Shown: piece by piece, positions 1 to 9,961 of the stretch
Numbering within the stretch: the first letter of the stretch is position 1
Layout: every line of letters begins with the position of its first letter
DNA from: an uncultured Acidobacteriota bacterium
GTDB taxonomy: Bacteria > Acidobacteriota > Thermoanaerobaculia > Gp7-AA8
Reading direction: 5' to 3'
Length of the DNA: 64,000 bases
Assembly (NCBI GenBank): GCA_963822445.1
Contig: CAWGHO010000002.1
Span: 736,001-800,000, forward strand
The notes under the pieces: model-generated
Seen by the model: only the letters and a program-made list of their open reading frames with translations
What the model was told of the DNA's origin: nothing
Databases searched by the model: none
Program-made: the position numbers and the translations under genes

Positions 1-1802
1 ACATCGAGCGCAGCGGCAACACCCTGTACGTCGCGGCCGGCGACATCGGGCTGCTGACGTACGACGTCTCGGCGATCGCCCATCCGTTTCCGCTGATCCT
101 GCATGAGGCGGACGAGGCCGCGACCAGCGCGCTCGTGATCACCGGCTCGACGCCGCGGGCGTATTTCACCGACGTCGCGGGACTGATCGTGGAAACGAAT
201 CTCGAGGGGCAGTTCCAGCGCGGCTGGAACAAGGGCGGCGCGCCGATCCTGCACGACTCGCGCGGCAGCGACTTGCTTCTGTCCAGCGACAAGACCGTTT
301 CCCTCTCCTCAATGACCGCGGTCACCACTTACCAGGCCACGTTCCGCGCGGCAGCGACGGAGGCATTCGTCGTCGGGGCCGACACCATCGTGGCGCTGCT
401 CGCTGACCAGAGCGTCTGGACGGTGAACACAACCACCGACGCGACGCCGCAGCAGGTCGACACGGGCGGCGCGAAGATCTCGTTTCTGGCCCGCAATGCC
501 ACGATCTACGCTCTCGGCCAGATCAAAGACGACGGCACGACCGTGATCCACCTCCCCGCGACGTCGAAGAAGTACACGATCGAGGGCGTGGCCACCGGCG
601 GTCTGGCGATCAACGCCACGCACGCGGCGTTCTTCACCTTCCGCGGCATCAATCTCGTCGATCTCGCGACCGGCGCAGTGACGGTGCTTCCCGGCTCGAC
701 GCGCGTGCTGCCGAAGCAACTCTTCTTCACCGGCAACCATCTACTCGTTCTCGGCGAGCGCGCCCTCTCCGTGTGGGACACCACCACAGGCACGCTGACC
801 CGCGAGCATCCGCTTCCCGCGAACGCGGTTCGGATGCACGCCGGAGCGGGACGCGCCGCGATCGCCACGGATGAAGGAATCATGCTGGTCGACTACCTCG
901 ACGAGCTTCCGAAGCTGGCCGCCGGTCCCGACCTCAATCGCTTCTACACGAAGGTCGTCACGGGACGCGACCGGCTGTACCTCTTCGGCCTCGACGGCGT
1001 GGACGTCTTCGAAACGGTGATCGGCGCCGCGCCGCACTCGCTGACCAGCGTCCGCGAGCCCGGCCTGGTCGACATCGCCGCAACCCAGGAGCTGTTCTTC
1101 ACCCTCGGCGGCGACGGCACGGTCACCTCGTACTCGCGGAGCGGCGTCCTGCTGGCGCAGACGCTGATCAACGAAGGCACGGACACGCAGGTGCTGTCGA
1201 TCTTCACGGCCGGCGAAGCGGTGTGGGTGACGATCTCCAAGGGCTGTTTCTCCGGCACCTGTCAGAAACGCACGCTGGTCCTCGATCCGCGGACGCTGGC
1301 CGTAACGAGCTCGCTGGAAGGCGGCGCGGTCGATGTGACCGTCGCCGGCACGCGCGCGTTCGCGCTGCTCGACCTGCCCGTCGAGATCGCCGCGTTCGAC
1401 ATTGCCAATCCCCTTCAGCCGCTGATGACCGCGCACCGCGAAGCGCCGGCATCGGCGATGTCGATCGCCTTCGCCAACGATCGCGTGCTCGTCCTCGGCG
1501 ACAAGCTCTACAAGTACACGCAATCGCTCGTCGCGGCAGGCGAGGAATTCGCGGCGTCGAACGCGGACCCGCAGCAGATCCGCGTCGTCGGAAACTGCGC
1601 GATCGTCACGGGCCGCTTCGATGTGCCCGGCCTCTATCACGGGGGAACGTTCGCCAGCTTCTCACTCATCGAGCTGCCGTCGACCGCGCTTTCCGTTGCG
1701 TCTGTGGGGGACAACCGCGTTTACGTGCTGACCGAGCACTCGATCGAAGTCTGGACGCTCGGGCCGGTAGCGCCGGCGGGGCGGCGGCGAGCGGTGCGGT
1801 GA
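1..1802 (+). CDS. Large beta-propeller/LVIVD-like repeat protein, 5'-truncated by window, with C-terminal RRRAVR tail
   Basis: Frame is open from base 3 (IERSGNTLYVAAGDIGLLTYDVS). Repeated beta-strand blades such as FDIANP. Ends PAGRRRAVR. Confidence 0.7.
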   Translation, partial: IERSGNTLYVAAGDIGLLTYDVSAIAHPFPLILHEADEAATSALVITGSTPRAYFTDVAGLIVETNLEGQFQRGWNKGGAPILHDSRGSDLLLSSDKTVSLSSMTAVTTYQATFRAAATEAFVVGADTIVALLADQSVWTVNTTTDATPQQVDTGGAKISFLARNATIYALGQIKDDGTTVIHLPATSKKYTIEGVATGGLAINATHAAFFTFRGINLVDLATGAVTVLPGSTRVLPKQLFFTGNHLLVLGERALSVWDTTTGTLTREHPLPANAVRMHAGAGRAAIATDEGIMLVDYLDELPKLAAGPDLNRFYTKVVTGRDRLYLFGLDGVDVFETVIGAAPHSLTSVREPGLVDIAATQELFFTLGGDGTVTSYSRSGVLLAQTLINEGTDTQVLSIFTAGEAVWVTISKGCFSGTCQKRTLVLDPRTLAVTSSLEGGAVDVTVAGTRAFALLDLPVEIAAFDIANPLQPLMTAHREAPASAMSIAFANDRVLVLGDKLYKYTQSLVAAGEEFAASNADPQQIRVVGNCAIVTGRFDVPGLYHGGTFASFSLIELPSTALSVASVGDNRVYVLTEHSIEVWTLGPVAPAGRRRAVR

Positions 1803-2554
1803 AGATCCGCTTCTCCTCCGATGAAAACGCGTACCGGATCACGCTCGATGATCCGCCGCTGCACATCCTCGACATCGCCCTGCTCGAAGAGCTGCGCGAT
1901 GCCCTGTCGGGCGTCAGCAACGACCGCCACGCGCTGATCATCGACGCGGCCGGCGACAAAGCCTTCTCCGCCGGCGCGAGCGTGCAGGATCACTTCGCGG
2001 ACCGCGTCGCCACCATGCTGGCCACGTTTCATGACTGCTTCCGCAAGCTGGCGCGTCTCGACGTCGTCACGGTCGCATTCGTGCGTGGTGCGGCGCTCGG
2101 CGGCGGATGCGAGCTCGCGATGGCGTGCGACTTCGTCCTCGCCTCCGATCGCGCGACATTCGGCCAGCCGGAGATCAGGCTCGGCGTGTTCCCGCCCGTC
2201 GCCGCGTATCAGCTCTCGCGACAGCTCGCGCCCCGCAAAGGTCTCGAACTGCTGCTCACCGGCGAATCGATCGATGCCGCGCGAGCAGAACAGCTCGGCC
2301 TCGTGAACGCGGTCTTCTCCGCAAGCGAGTTCGACGCGCGGGCCGACGCGTGGATGCAGCGCCTGTGTCGCCAGAGCGCGTCGTCGTTGCGGTTCGCAAA
2401 GAAAGCCTTCCGCATCGCCCAGGCCGCAGACTTTGACGAGCGCCTCGCGAACGTCGAGCGCCTTTATCTCGAAGAGTTGATGAAGACCGGCGACGCCACG
2501 GAAGGGCTCAACGCGTTTCTTGAAAAGCGGAACCCGGAGTGGAGAAACCAGTAG
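1799..2554 (+). CDS. Enoyl-CoA hydratase/isomerase family protein
   Basis: GTGA overlap with the upstream stop. Crotonase motifs AFSAG, ALGGGCELAMACD, FGQPEIRLG. Confidence 0.9.
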   Translation: MKIRFSSDENAYRITLDDPPLHILDIALLEELRDALSGVSNDRHALIIDAAGDKAFSAGASVQDHFADRVATMLATFHDCFRKLARLDVVTVAFVRGAALGGGCELAMACDFVLASDRATFGQPEIRLGVFPPVAAYQLSRQLAPRKGLELLLTGESIDAARAEQLGLVNAVFSASEFDARADAWMQRLCRQSASSLRFAKKAFRIAQAADFDERLANVERLYLEELMKTGDATEGLNAFLEKRNPEWRNQ

Positions 2555-2643
2555 GCGGTAGGCAGTACGCGCGCTGGCGCGCGCTCGCGGTAGGCGGTGG
2601 AACCAAGCAGGGACGGGCGGTCGGGACTGCCTACCGCCTACTG
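2549..2643. repeat. Inverted heptamer-array element, unit GGTAGGC
   Basis: CAGTAGGCGGTAGGCAGT (2549-2566) and its exact reverse complement (2626-2643), with an internal GCGGTAGGCGGT. Contains the hydratase TAG stop. Confidence 0.85.
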
Positions 2644-2646
2644 CTT

Positions 2647-3027
2647 CTAATCCTGCTGGTCGAAAGCCACGGTCGTGTTCGCGTCGAACTTCACCAGCAT
2701 CTTCTTCGACGGGGAGGCCAGCGTTCCGAACGAGGCGATCATCACCACGCCGGACGACTTGCCGTCGCAGCCGACAGGCATCGGCCGCACGACCTTCAGC
2801 TCGCCGATCTGGCGGGCGATCGTCTTTCCCGACTCGTTGACCCACTCCAGCTTCGCGTTCTTCGCGAGCGTTTTTGCTTCCCCGAAGGTGTACTTGCCGG
2901 TCAGCAGGGTCACCACCTGAAGCTGGCGCTCCGAGCGGTTGACGAAACGGTTCACGCAGGTCGCGGCGTACGACGACTGCGCGGACAAAAGCGTGGCGAG
3001 GGCAACGGCAAAAACGCGGTTTTTCAT
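2647..3027 (-). CDS. Hypothetical secreted protein
   Basis: Signal peptide MKNRVFAVALATLLSAQSSYA, two Cys, typical codon usage. Confidence 0.7.
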   Translation of the reverse strand: MKNRVFAVALATLLSAQSSYAATCVNRFVNRSERQLQVVTLLTGKYTFGEAKTLAKNAKLEWVNESGKTIARQIGELKVVRPMPVGCDGKSSGVVMIASFGTLASPSKKMLVKFDANTTVAFDQQD

Positions 3028-3125
3028 GGCTGGGAGCGGGGCTTTCCGGGACATTCTACGCAACCTACAGCGGCGCCCGGCCGTACATTCCCACTGCGAC
3101 GGCGCTATGGACGCCGTGTGTCATC

Positions 3126-5102
3126 ATGACCTCGATGGATGCTGAGTCTGCGCCGAAAGCGCGGCGGGTCTCGCCGGTCTTCGTCATCTGGGTGACGGCG
3201 ATCGCGGCGATCATCATCCTCGACTACGCGGACCGGCTGCTGGACCGCTTCGACCGCGCCTTTTTCCCGATCAACCTGGCCGCGTTCGTGGCCTGGCTGA
3301 TCGTCATCGCCCTCACCATCTACGGCTTCGCCATCGCCAGCCGCTGGCTGCTGCGCAAGCTGTTCTGGACGGTCGGCCGCCGCCTTTTCCTCAGCTACGT
3401 GATGCTCGGCGTGCTGCCGTTCTTCCTGTTCGCCGTGCTCCTGACCGCCATTCTTTACGTGATCGCCGGTGTGGCCAGCCAGACCGCCTTCAAGAACGAG
3501 CGCCAGGCCAGTCTCGGCCAGCTCGAATCGCTCAACGCCGAGTACGGACTCCAGGGGCGGAAGCCGCGCGGTGAAGGCATCGAGGTCTATGACTCGATGA
3601 GCGCCAGCGGAAAACAGATACCCGGCTGGTTGCGCTCGTCGACCTACAGCGGGTTCGTGCTGCGAAACGACACGCCGCTGCTCGTCTCTGCGCGCAAATA
3701 TCCCGGCGAGCGCACCGTCGTGCTCGCTCTGCCGCTCGACGAACGCTGGTCGCGTGAGATGGAAGAGCGCAGCGGGATGGTCGTCGCGACCAAGTTCGCC
3801 GCGAGGGAGCGCGAGTCCTTCAACATCAACCCTGACAACGACGACTTCAAGGACTTCAAGGACCGCGGGTTCAAGTGGGGAAACATCTTCTTCTACGAGA
3901 TCACGGAAGAGGGCGGCCTGGCCGACTGGGAAACGGGCGCGGCCGATCCGGAAAAACGGATCTTCACCGCGATCGCTCATCCGTTCGGGAGGCTCACCCA
4001 GTACTACTTCGGCGGTGCGACGAACTCCCAGATCATGAAGGGGATCTTCTGGGTCATCGGCGGCCTGACGCTGTCGCTGATGCTCGCGTACGCCGTGGCC
4101 GCGCTGTTCGCCGCGGTCCTGATCTTCTCCATCTCCCGCGCCGTGAATCGAATCGAAAAAGGTACGCGAGCCGTCGAGCGGGGCGACTTCACCTATCGCA
4201 TCAAGATGAAGCGCGATAACCAGCTCGGAGCGATGGCCCAGTCCTTCGACCGGATGACCGAGTCGATCGGCTCGCTGCTCACTTCGGTCACGGAGAAAGA
4301 GCGCCTGCAGAGCGAGATCGAGATCGCGGCGACCATTCAGCGCAACCTCCTGCCGAAAGAAGGCCCTCGTTTCAGCGGCGTTGCGTTCTCCGCGCACTTC
4401 GAGCCGAACGCGTCGATCGGCGGCGATTACTACGACGTGTTCAACATCGACGAGCGGCGCCTGGCCGTCGCCATCGGCGACGTCTCCGGCCACGGCCTCT
4501 CCACCGGCCTGGTCATGGCCATGGTCAAAGCGGCCATGACCACGCTCGTCGAAGAAGGGGCCGATGAAACGTCGCTCTTCCGCCGTCTGAACGATCTCGT
4601 CTACCGCTCGACCGAGCGCCGCGCGTTCATGACCCTGGCCTTCACGATCTTCGATCTGGAGCGCCGCACCATCCGCCACACCAACGCCGGCCATCTCTAC
4701 CCCTACCTGCTGCGTCCCGGGATGTCCCAGCCGATCGCCATCGAATCCCCGTCGCTTCCCCTTGGCGTCCGCACGCACATCATCTCGAACACCGTCGAGG
4801 TCGAGCTGCGCGAGGGCGACGTGCTCGTTTATCTGTCCGACGGGATGGTCGAGGCGCAGAACGAGAACGGCGATCCGTTCGGCTTCGATCAGATGGAGAT
4901 GCTGCTCGCGTCGCAGACCGATCACGACGCCGGGGCGCTGCGCCAGGTGATCCTCGACGCGGTCGCGCAACACTCGGGAACCCGCCCGGCGGACGACGAC
5001 CGGACGGTGATGATCGTCCAGTTCTCATCTCTGGACAGCGGCAGCGAGGCTGCCGCTCTTGAAAGCGGCGGCAGAGCCACCGCACTCCAGCCTATCGGTT
5101 GA
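3126..5102 (+). CDS. Membrane HAMP + SpoIIE/RsbU-type PP2C phosphatase
   Basis: TM helices and HAMP domain. Motifs IGGDYYD, IGDVSGHG, NAGH, SDG, DDRT. Confidence 0.9.
   Translation: MTSMDAESAPKARRVSPVFVIWVTAIAAIIILDYADRLLDRFDRAFFPINLAAFVAWLIVIALTIYGFAIASRWLLRKLFWTVGRRLFLSYVMLGVLPFFLFAVLLTAILYVIAGVASQTAFKNERQASLGQLESLNAEYGLQGRKPRGEGIEVYDSMSASGKQIPGWLRSSTYSGFVLRNDTPLLVSARKYPGERTVVLALPLDERWSREMEERSGMVVATKFAARERESFNINPDNDDFKDFKDRGFKWGNIFFYEITEEGGLADWETGAADPEKRIFTAIAHPFGRLTQYYFGGATNSQIMKGIFWVIGGLTLSLMLAYAVAALFAAVLIFSISRAVNRIEKGTRAVERGDFTYRIKMKRDNQLGAMAQSFDRMTESIGSLLTSVTEKERLQSEIEIAATIQRNLLPKEGPRFSGVAFSAHFEPNASIGGDYYDVFNIDERRLAVAIGDVSGHGLSTGLVMAMVKAAMTTLVEEGADETSLFRRLNDLVYRSTERRAFMTLAFTIFDLERRTIRHTNAGHLYPYLLRPGMSQPIAIESPSLPLGVRTHIISNTVEVELREGDVLVYLSDGMVEAQNENGDPFGFDQMEMLLASQTDHDAGALRQVILDAVAQHSGTRPADDDRTVMIVQFSSLDSGSEAAALESGGRATALQPIG
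5033..5089. repeat. Degenerate copy of the GGAGTGCGGCGG REP-like element inside the SpoIIE 3' end
   Basis: AAAGCGGCGGCAGAGCCACCGCACTCCA differs by one base from the REP right arm. The left arm is decayed. Confidence 0.7.
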
Positions 5103-7173
5103 TGCCGATCATCACGCTGCGGCCCGGTGCGAGCGACGCGACCGCGTCCGACGATCCGAAGTGATACGCGTTCGTCAGATTGCGCACCACCAACCGCAGC
5201 TCGAACGCCGGCGAGAACCGCCAGCCGATGCCCGTATCGATCGTGACGTATCCATCGCGCTCGGTTTCCACCGGTCCCGGATCGTCATCGCTTCGGTACG
5301 CCGACGCTGTGAGGAAGGCAGAAGTCATTTCCGCTGCCCAGCGAAGCTGCGCATGAAGCACGGGCTCGCCGATGTCATCCAGGGCGGCACCGGTGTCGGC
5401 GTCCTCACCGCTGGCGATGGCCGCTCCGAGCTGCAGTGCGAAATCGCGCGGGAGCCGCGAGGTCCAGTCCAGCTCGAAGCCGCGGATCTCTGCTTCCCCT
5501 CGATTGCGGAAGTTGAAGTCGGAGCCGGCGCGAAACCGCTCGACCAGATTGCGGATGCGGTAGTCGTAAGCGTAGACGGCGATCGTTGAGCGGCCACCGG
5601 TCCACCGCGCCGCCGCGTCGAACTGCAGGCTGCGCTCCGGCTCGAGATCAGGATTTCCGACGACGAACCCGCGTCCGCTGACGCCGCGGAAGTAACGATC
5701 GGATAGCGACGGCTCGCGATAGCCGGTCGCGATCTGCAAGGTAGTCGTGATCGCGCGGAACGGTCCCGCGGTCGCGGCGACATAGCCGGACAGCGCGGTA
5801 TCGCTGCGATCGCGATCGCCGAAGAAGCCGCCTGTATTGCGGCTGGTGATGTAGTCGGCGCGGCCGCCGGAAGCAACCTGAAACAGCGGCGTCGCGCGCC
5901 ACTCGTAAGCAGCAAAGGCTCCCGCGTCCACGCGATTCGCGTCGTCGATCGACCCGACCGCGCGGAGGTCGAAGCGGGTGACGACATCCGCGCCGGCGAG
6001 CAGTCGCGCGCGATCGCTGTGGCGCTCGCCCGACAGGCGGACCGACGCGTCACGCGCCCTCACATCCGCGACTTCAACTCCCGTCGGACGAATGCGGTTG
6101 GTGACGATCGAATACGAGCCGGCGGACGCGCGCAACGCGGCAGCGGAGAAGAAGGACCTGGACTGCACGTCGGTGGCGAACGTGAACAGCGTCGCACGCT
6201 CGTTGGGATAGGTAGTCTGAATGGTGTCGCTGGTCGGCGCACCCACGTCCTTCGCGACCGCGTGCATCACGCCGGCGCGCACGAGGCCCCACGACGAATG
6301 CTTCACGAAGCGCAGCACGGCGCCGCGATCGCGGTACTGCGAGTTCGCGATCTCCTCGCCATGTCCATCCTCGGCATCATCAGCGGAACGCGCATGAATC
6401 GAAGCCAGGATCGCTCCGCCGAGGAGGTCGGTCGTTACTTCCGCCGCAACGCTCTGTTCCGAACGTCCGCCGAATGCGGCCCAGACGTCATAGCGATACT
6501 CGGTCTGCCCCGGCACCGGATCGCGCGGACGCATGTGCACGATGCCGCCGATGGCGTCCGAGCCGTAGGCCACGGAACCGGGACCACGGGAGATCTCGAT
6601 CGAGCCGAGAATGAACGGATCGACGAAAGTCGCTGACGGTCCGGCGCGGCGCTCGGCAACCACGCGGGCGTCGTCGACGATGAGCAGCGTGCGACCGCCC
6701 GCCAGGCCGCGAACGACTGGCACTGCCGGCGGACCCTCACCGCGAAGCGCAACGCCAGGAACCGTGGCGATGGCCTCGGCGATATGAGCCGGTTTGCGCT
6801 GCTCGATCTCTTCCGCGCCGACGACCACCGGCGCCGCGGCCGGCGTGTCTTCGATGTTCGGTGCCGCGCCGGATGTAACGGTCACGCTCTCGCGGAAAGC
6901 AGGCTCCAGCCGGACCTCAGGCGCGAGCGACTCCAGATGGATCGGAGGAAAGATCTCGCCGCGGCTGCCGACGACGATCAGCGTCGCGGGAAGCTTCGGA
7001 TCGGGAACGATGACGAACTGTCCGTTGCTGCCGGTCCGCACGGAGCCTGTCTGTCCGACGACCGAGACCTGCGCGTCGACGACGGCGCGTCCCGCGGAGT
7101 CGACGAGACGAGACTCGAACGCGAATACCGGGATGGTGAGGAAAACGACGAAGAGGACCGCGAAACGGGTCAG
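5092..7173 (-). CDS. TonB-dependent receptor, probable CTG start
   Basis: Plug motif IEISRGPGSVAYGSDAIGG, NPDLEPE, C-terminal PGRS. The frame extends 44 codons upstream of 7041 and gives a signal peptide starting at CTG 7173. Confidence 0.85.
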   Translation of the reverse strand: MTRFAVLFVVFLTIPVFAFESRLVDSAGRAVVDAQVSVVGQTGSVRTGSNGQFVIVPDPKLPATLIVVGSRGEIFPPIHLESLAPEVRLEPAFRESVTVTSGAAPNIEDTPAAAPVVVGAEEIEQRKPAHIAEAIATVPGVALRGEGPPAVPVVRGLAGGRTLLIVDDARVVAERRAGPSATFVDPFILGSIEISRGPGSVAYGSDAIGGIVHMRPRDPVPGQTEYRYDVWAAFGGRSEQSVAAEVTTDLLGGAILASIHARSADDAEDGHGEEIANSQYRDRGAVLRFVKHSSWGLVRAGVMHAVAKDVGAPTSDTIQTTYPNERATLFTFATDVQSRSFFSAAALRASAGSYSIVTNRIRPTGVEVADVRARDASVRLSGERHSDRARLLAGADVVTRFDLRAVGSIDDANRVDAGAFAAYEWRATPLFQVASGGRADYITSRNTGGFFGDRDRSDTALSGYVAATAGPFRAITTTLQIATGYREPSLSDRYFRGVSGRGFVVGNPDLEPERSLQFDAAARWTGGRSTIAVYAYDYRIRNLVERFRAGSDFNFRNRGEAEIRGFELDWTSRLPRDFALQLGAAIASGEDADTGAALDDIGEPVLHAQLRWAAEMTSAFLTASAYRSDDDPGPVETERDGYVTIDTGIGWRFSPAFELRLVVRNLTNAYHFGSSDAVASLAPGRSVMIGINR

Positions 7174-7898
7174 CGAGCTTCGACGGCTGCGCTGGCGATC
7201 TGCTGAGACTCGATCGCTTTGCGGATGTGGCGGGCGATGCGATTGATGTAGTTCACGGTCTCGCGGAATGGCGGCACCCCGTTGTACTTCCTGATGTTGC
7301 CTTCACCGGCGTTGTAGCCGGCGACGGCGAGGTCCGCATTGTCCTCGAATTTATCGAGCAGCCAGCGCAGATACTTCGTTCCGGCGTAAATGTTCTGTTC
7401 CGGGTCGAAGGAGTTGTGGACGCCGAAGCGCTTCGCGGTGGCCGGCATGAGCTGCATGAGCCCGCGCGCGCCCTTGTGGGAAACGGTCTTGGGGTTGTAA
7501 TCCGACTCGGCCTTGATCACCGCGGAGACCAGCGCGGCATCGACGTCGTGGTGGCGCGCGGCCTTGACGATGATGTCGTTGTACTTCGACTGCCAGAGCG
7601 GCATCGACTCTTCGCTGAAGCGCCAGGAGCGCCGCGGGAAAACACCGCCCTCTTCGACGATCTTCTTCACCTCGGCAACGACCTCGGGCGTGACGATCTC
7701 GTCATCCACGATCCGGTCGACGCGCAGCAGGGGAATGCTCATCTTCCCGCCGCCCTGCAAGGTCAGATGAACGACTTCTTCCTCGACCGCATACGCCTCG
7801 ATCTTCAGGCTGCGCCCGTCGGCGAAGATCGCAATGCTCGCGCTCGCCGCGTTTGCGGCAAGGATGAGCACGGTGGCAAGGATGAGGCGGATGAGCAT
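7170..7898 (-). CDS. Lytic transglycosylase (SLT domain)
   Basis: IKAESDY, GARGLMQLMP, YNAGEG motifs and a signal peptide. Confidence 0.92.
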   Translation of the reverse strand: MLIRLILATVLILAANAASASIAIFADGRSLKIEAYAVEEEVVHLTLQGGGKMSIPLLRVDRIVDDEIVTPEVVAEVKKIVEEGGVFPRRSWRFSEESMPLWQSKYNDIIVKAARHHDVDAALVSAVIKAESDYNPKTVSHKGARGLMQLMPATAKRFGVHNSFDPEQNIYAGTKYLRWLLDKFEDNADLAVAGYNAGEGNIRKYNGVPPFRETVNYINRIARHIRKAIESQQIASAAVEAR

Positions 7899-7944
7899 GG
7901 ACTGGTTGTTAACTCAGAGGGTGGGACGATTATGCCGTCGCCCG

Positions 7945-8033
7945 GGTTCCGAGGTTCCGAGGTTGCGAGGTTTCGGGGTTTCGGGGTTTCGGGGTGGGAC
8001 CTCGTAACCCCGCAACCTCGTAACCCCGTAACC
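7945..8033. repeat. Inverted octamer-array element, unit GGTTNCGR
   Basis: Six units GGTT(C/G/T)CG(A/G), short spacer TGGGA, then four reverse-complement units CC(T/C)CG(T/C)AA. Confidence 0.9.
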
Positions 8034-8049
8034 GCTCTTCGCCTCACCG

Positions 8050-8982
8050 TCATGCTCTGGGATGAAATTCCTCATACATCCTCTGCAGCCGCGCCCGCGA
8101 GACGTGCGTGTAAATCTGCGTCGTGGAGATGTCCGCGTGGCCGAGCATCATCTGCACGCTGCGGAGGTCGGCGCCGTTCTCGAGCAGGTGCGTCGCGAAT
8201 GAGTGGCGGAGGGTGTGCGGGGAGATGTGAGCTTTGATTCCGGCCGTCCGCGCGTATTTGACGATCTTCATCCAGAACGACTGCCGGGACATCGGCCGGC
8301 CGCGGCGGGTCAGGAACAGGTAGGGATCGGAGTATTTGTCGAGCTCGGGGCGGCCTTTTTCGACGAAGGCCACGATCGCGTCGCGGGCCGTGTCGCCGAA
8401 TGGCACGATCCGCTCCTTCGACCCCTTGCCGATCGTGCGGAGGAAGCCGGCGTCCATCACCACGTCTTCGATGCGCACTTTGATCAGTTCGCTGACGCGG
8501 AGGCCCGTCGCGTAGAGCAGTTCCAGCATCGCCGCGTCGCGCAGACCATCGGGCGTGCTCCGGTCCGGCGCGGCCAGCAACGCCTCGACCTCGAACGGCT
8601 GCATCGACTTCGGCAGGGACGACCAGAGCTTCGGATTCTCGAGATTCTCGGTCGGGTCTTTTTTCAGATGCCGTTCGGCGACGAGGAAGCGGAACATGCC
8701 GCGAATCGCCGCGAGTGCACGGGCGACGGACCGCGCCGAGATCCCCGACGCGCGCAGCGACTGGAAGTATTTGACGATGTGCAGCCGCTCGACCTCATCG
8801 ACTTCCACACGCTGGTCTTTGAGGTAGTGGCCGAAGTGACGCAGATCAGTCGCGTACGCGGAGAGGGAGTTCTTCGCCAGCCCCTTTTCGATCGCCAGGT
8901 AGTCGAGAAAGATCGGCAGGTACGTGACGAAGTACGGGCCGGTGTCCTTCTTCTCAGGATCGATCGCTCGCGGTTTGCGCAT
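8050..8982 (-). CDS. xerD: Site-specific tyrosine recombinase XerD
   Basis: LLYATGLRVSEL, GKGSKER, HTLRHSFATHLL, LGHADISTTQIY. Start codon uncertain. Confidence 0.92.
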   Translation of the reverse strand: MRKPRAIDPEKKDTGPYFVTYLPIFLDYLAIEKGLAKNSLSAYATDLRHFGHYLKDQRVEVDEVERLHIVKYFQSLRASGISARSVARALAAIRGMFRFLVAERHLKKDPTENLENPKLWSSLPKSMQPFEVEALLAAPDRSTPDGLRDAAMLELLYATGLRVSELIKVRIEDVVMDAGFLRTIGKGSKERIVPFGDTARDAIVAFVEKGRPELDKYSDPYLFLTRRGRPMSRQSFWMKIVKYARTAGIKAHISPHTLRHSFATHLLENGADLRSVQMMLGHADISTTQIYTHVSRARLQRMYEEFHPRA

Positions 8983-9823
8983 GTTCGGCCACCACATCCG
9001 CCATGTACGAACTGCGCACGAACGGCCCGGAGAAGACGGCGCGGAAACCGAGCTCCTCGCCGATCGCGCGGTACTCCTCGAACACGGTCGGATGGACGTA
9101 CTCGACGACGTCGAGTTTCTCCCGCTTCGGCTGGAGGTACTGGCCGATGGTCACGATCTCGACCTGCGAATCGAGCAGCCGCTTGAGCACATCGATGACT
9201 TCGTCGCGGCGCTCGCCGAGGCCGAGCATGAGGCCGGACTTGGTCGTGACCGGGTACGTCTTCGCTTCGCGGAGCACGGTGAGCGACTGAGTGAAACGAG
9301 CGCCGGGCCGCACGTAGTCGTAAAGCCGCGGCACGGTCTCGACGTTGTGATTGAAGTAGTCGGGCAGAGCCGCGGCGACGGTTCGCACGGACTCGAGATT
9401 TCCACGAAAGTCGGGAGTCAGCACTTCCACCGCTGACTCGGGCAGCGCCGCGCGAATCTCCCGGATCGTCTCCGCGAACTGCTCCGCCCCGCCGTCCGGC
9501 AGATCGTCGCGCGTCACCGAGGTCACCACGACATGTTTGAGGCCGAGGCGTTTCGCGGTCGCGGCCACATCCCGTGGCTCATCGATCGACGGCGGCGCGT
9601 ACGGCCGGCCGGTGGTGACGTTGCAGAACCCGCAGGAGCGCGTGCAGACATCGCCGAGGATCATGAAGGTGGCCGTGCCGCGGGAGAAGCATTCGGTGCG
9701 GTTCGGACACGCCAGCGACTCGCACACCGAGTGCAGGTTCTTCTCGCGCAGAAGCGTCTTCACCTCGCGCAGCGAAGCGAGGTTGAGTTTCTTCTCGCGG
9801 ATCCAGTCGGGAAGGCGTTGCAT
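8954..9823 (-). CDS. lipA: Lipoyl synthase
   Basis: CESLACPNRTEC, CTRSCGFC and RSSY motifs. Confidence 0.95.
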   Translation of the reverse strand: MQRLPDWIREKKLNLASLREVKTLLREKNLHSVCESLACPNRTECFSRGTATFMILGDVCTRSCGFCNVTTGRPYAPPSIDEPRDVAATAKRLGLKHVVVTSVTRDDLPDGGAEQFAETIREIRAALPESAVEVLTPDFRGNLESVRTVAAALPDYFNHNVETVPRLYDYVRPGARFTQSLTVLREAKTYPVTTKSGLMLGLGERRDEVIDVLKRLLDSQVEIVTIGQYLQPKREKLDVVEYVHPTVFEEYRAIGEELGFRAVFSGPFVRSSYMADVVAEHAQTASDRS

Positions 9824-9824
9824 G

Positions 9825-9905
9825 GAATGCAGAATTCAGAATGCAGAATGCAGAAAAAGCGAATCGCTTCTGCATTCTGCATTCTGCATTCTGCATTCTG
9901 CATTC
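9825..9905. repeat. Inverted heptamer-array element, unit GAATGCA
   Basis: (GAATGCA)x4 with one variant, about 12-bp spacer, then (TTCTGCA)x5. Confidence 0.9.
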
Positions 9906-9911
9906 GCCAAC

Positions 9912-9936
9912 AAAAATGCCGCCCCGAAAGGCGGCA
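9912..9936 (-). terminator. Probable intrinsic terminator after carD
   Basis: Stem TGCCGCC/GGCGGCA followed by a U-tract on the minus strand. Confidence 0.7.
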
Positions 9937-9961
9937 CTCGAAGAACTTCGAAGATTGTGAG

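Noticed and set aside
8050-8982. Tyrosine recombinase as a prophage or island integrase
   Set aside because: The sequence is typical XerD, coupled to lipA among housekeeping genes, with no att sites or cargo.
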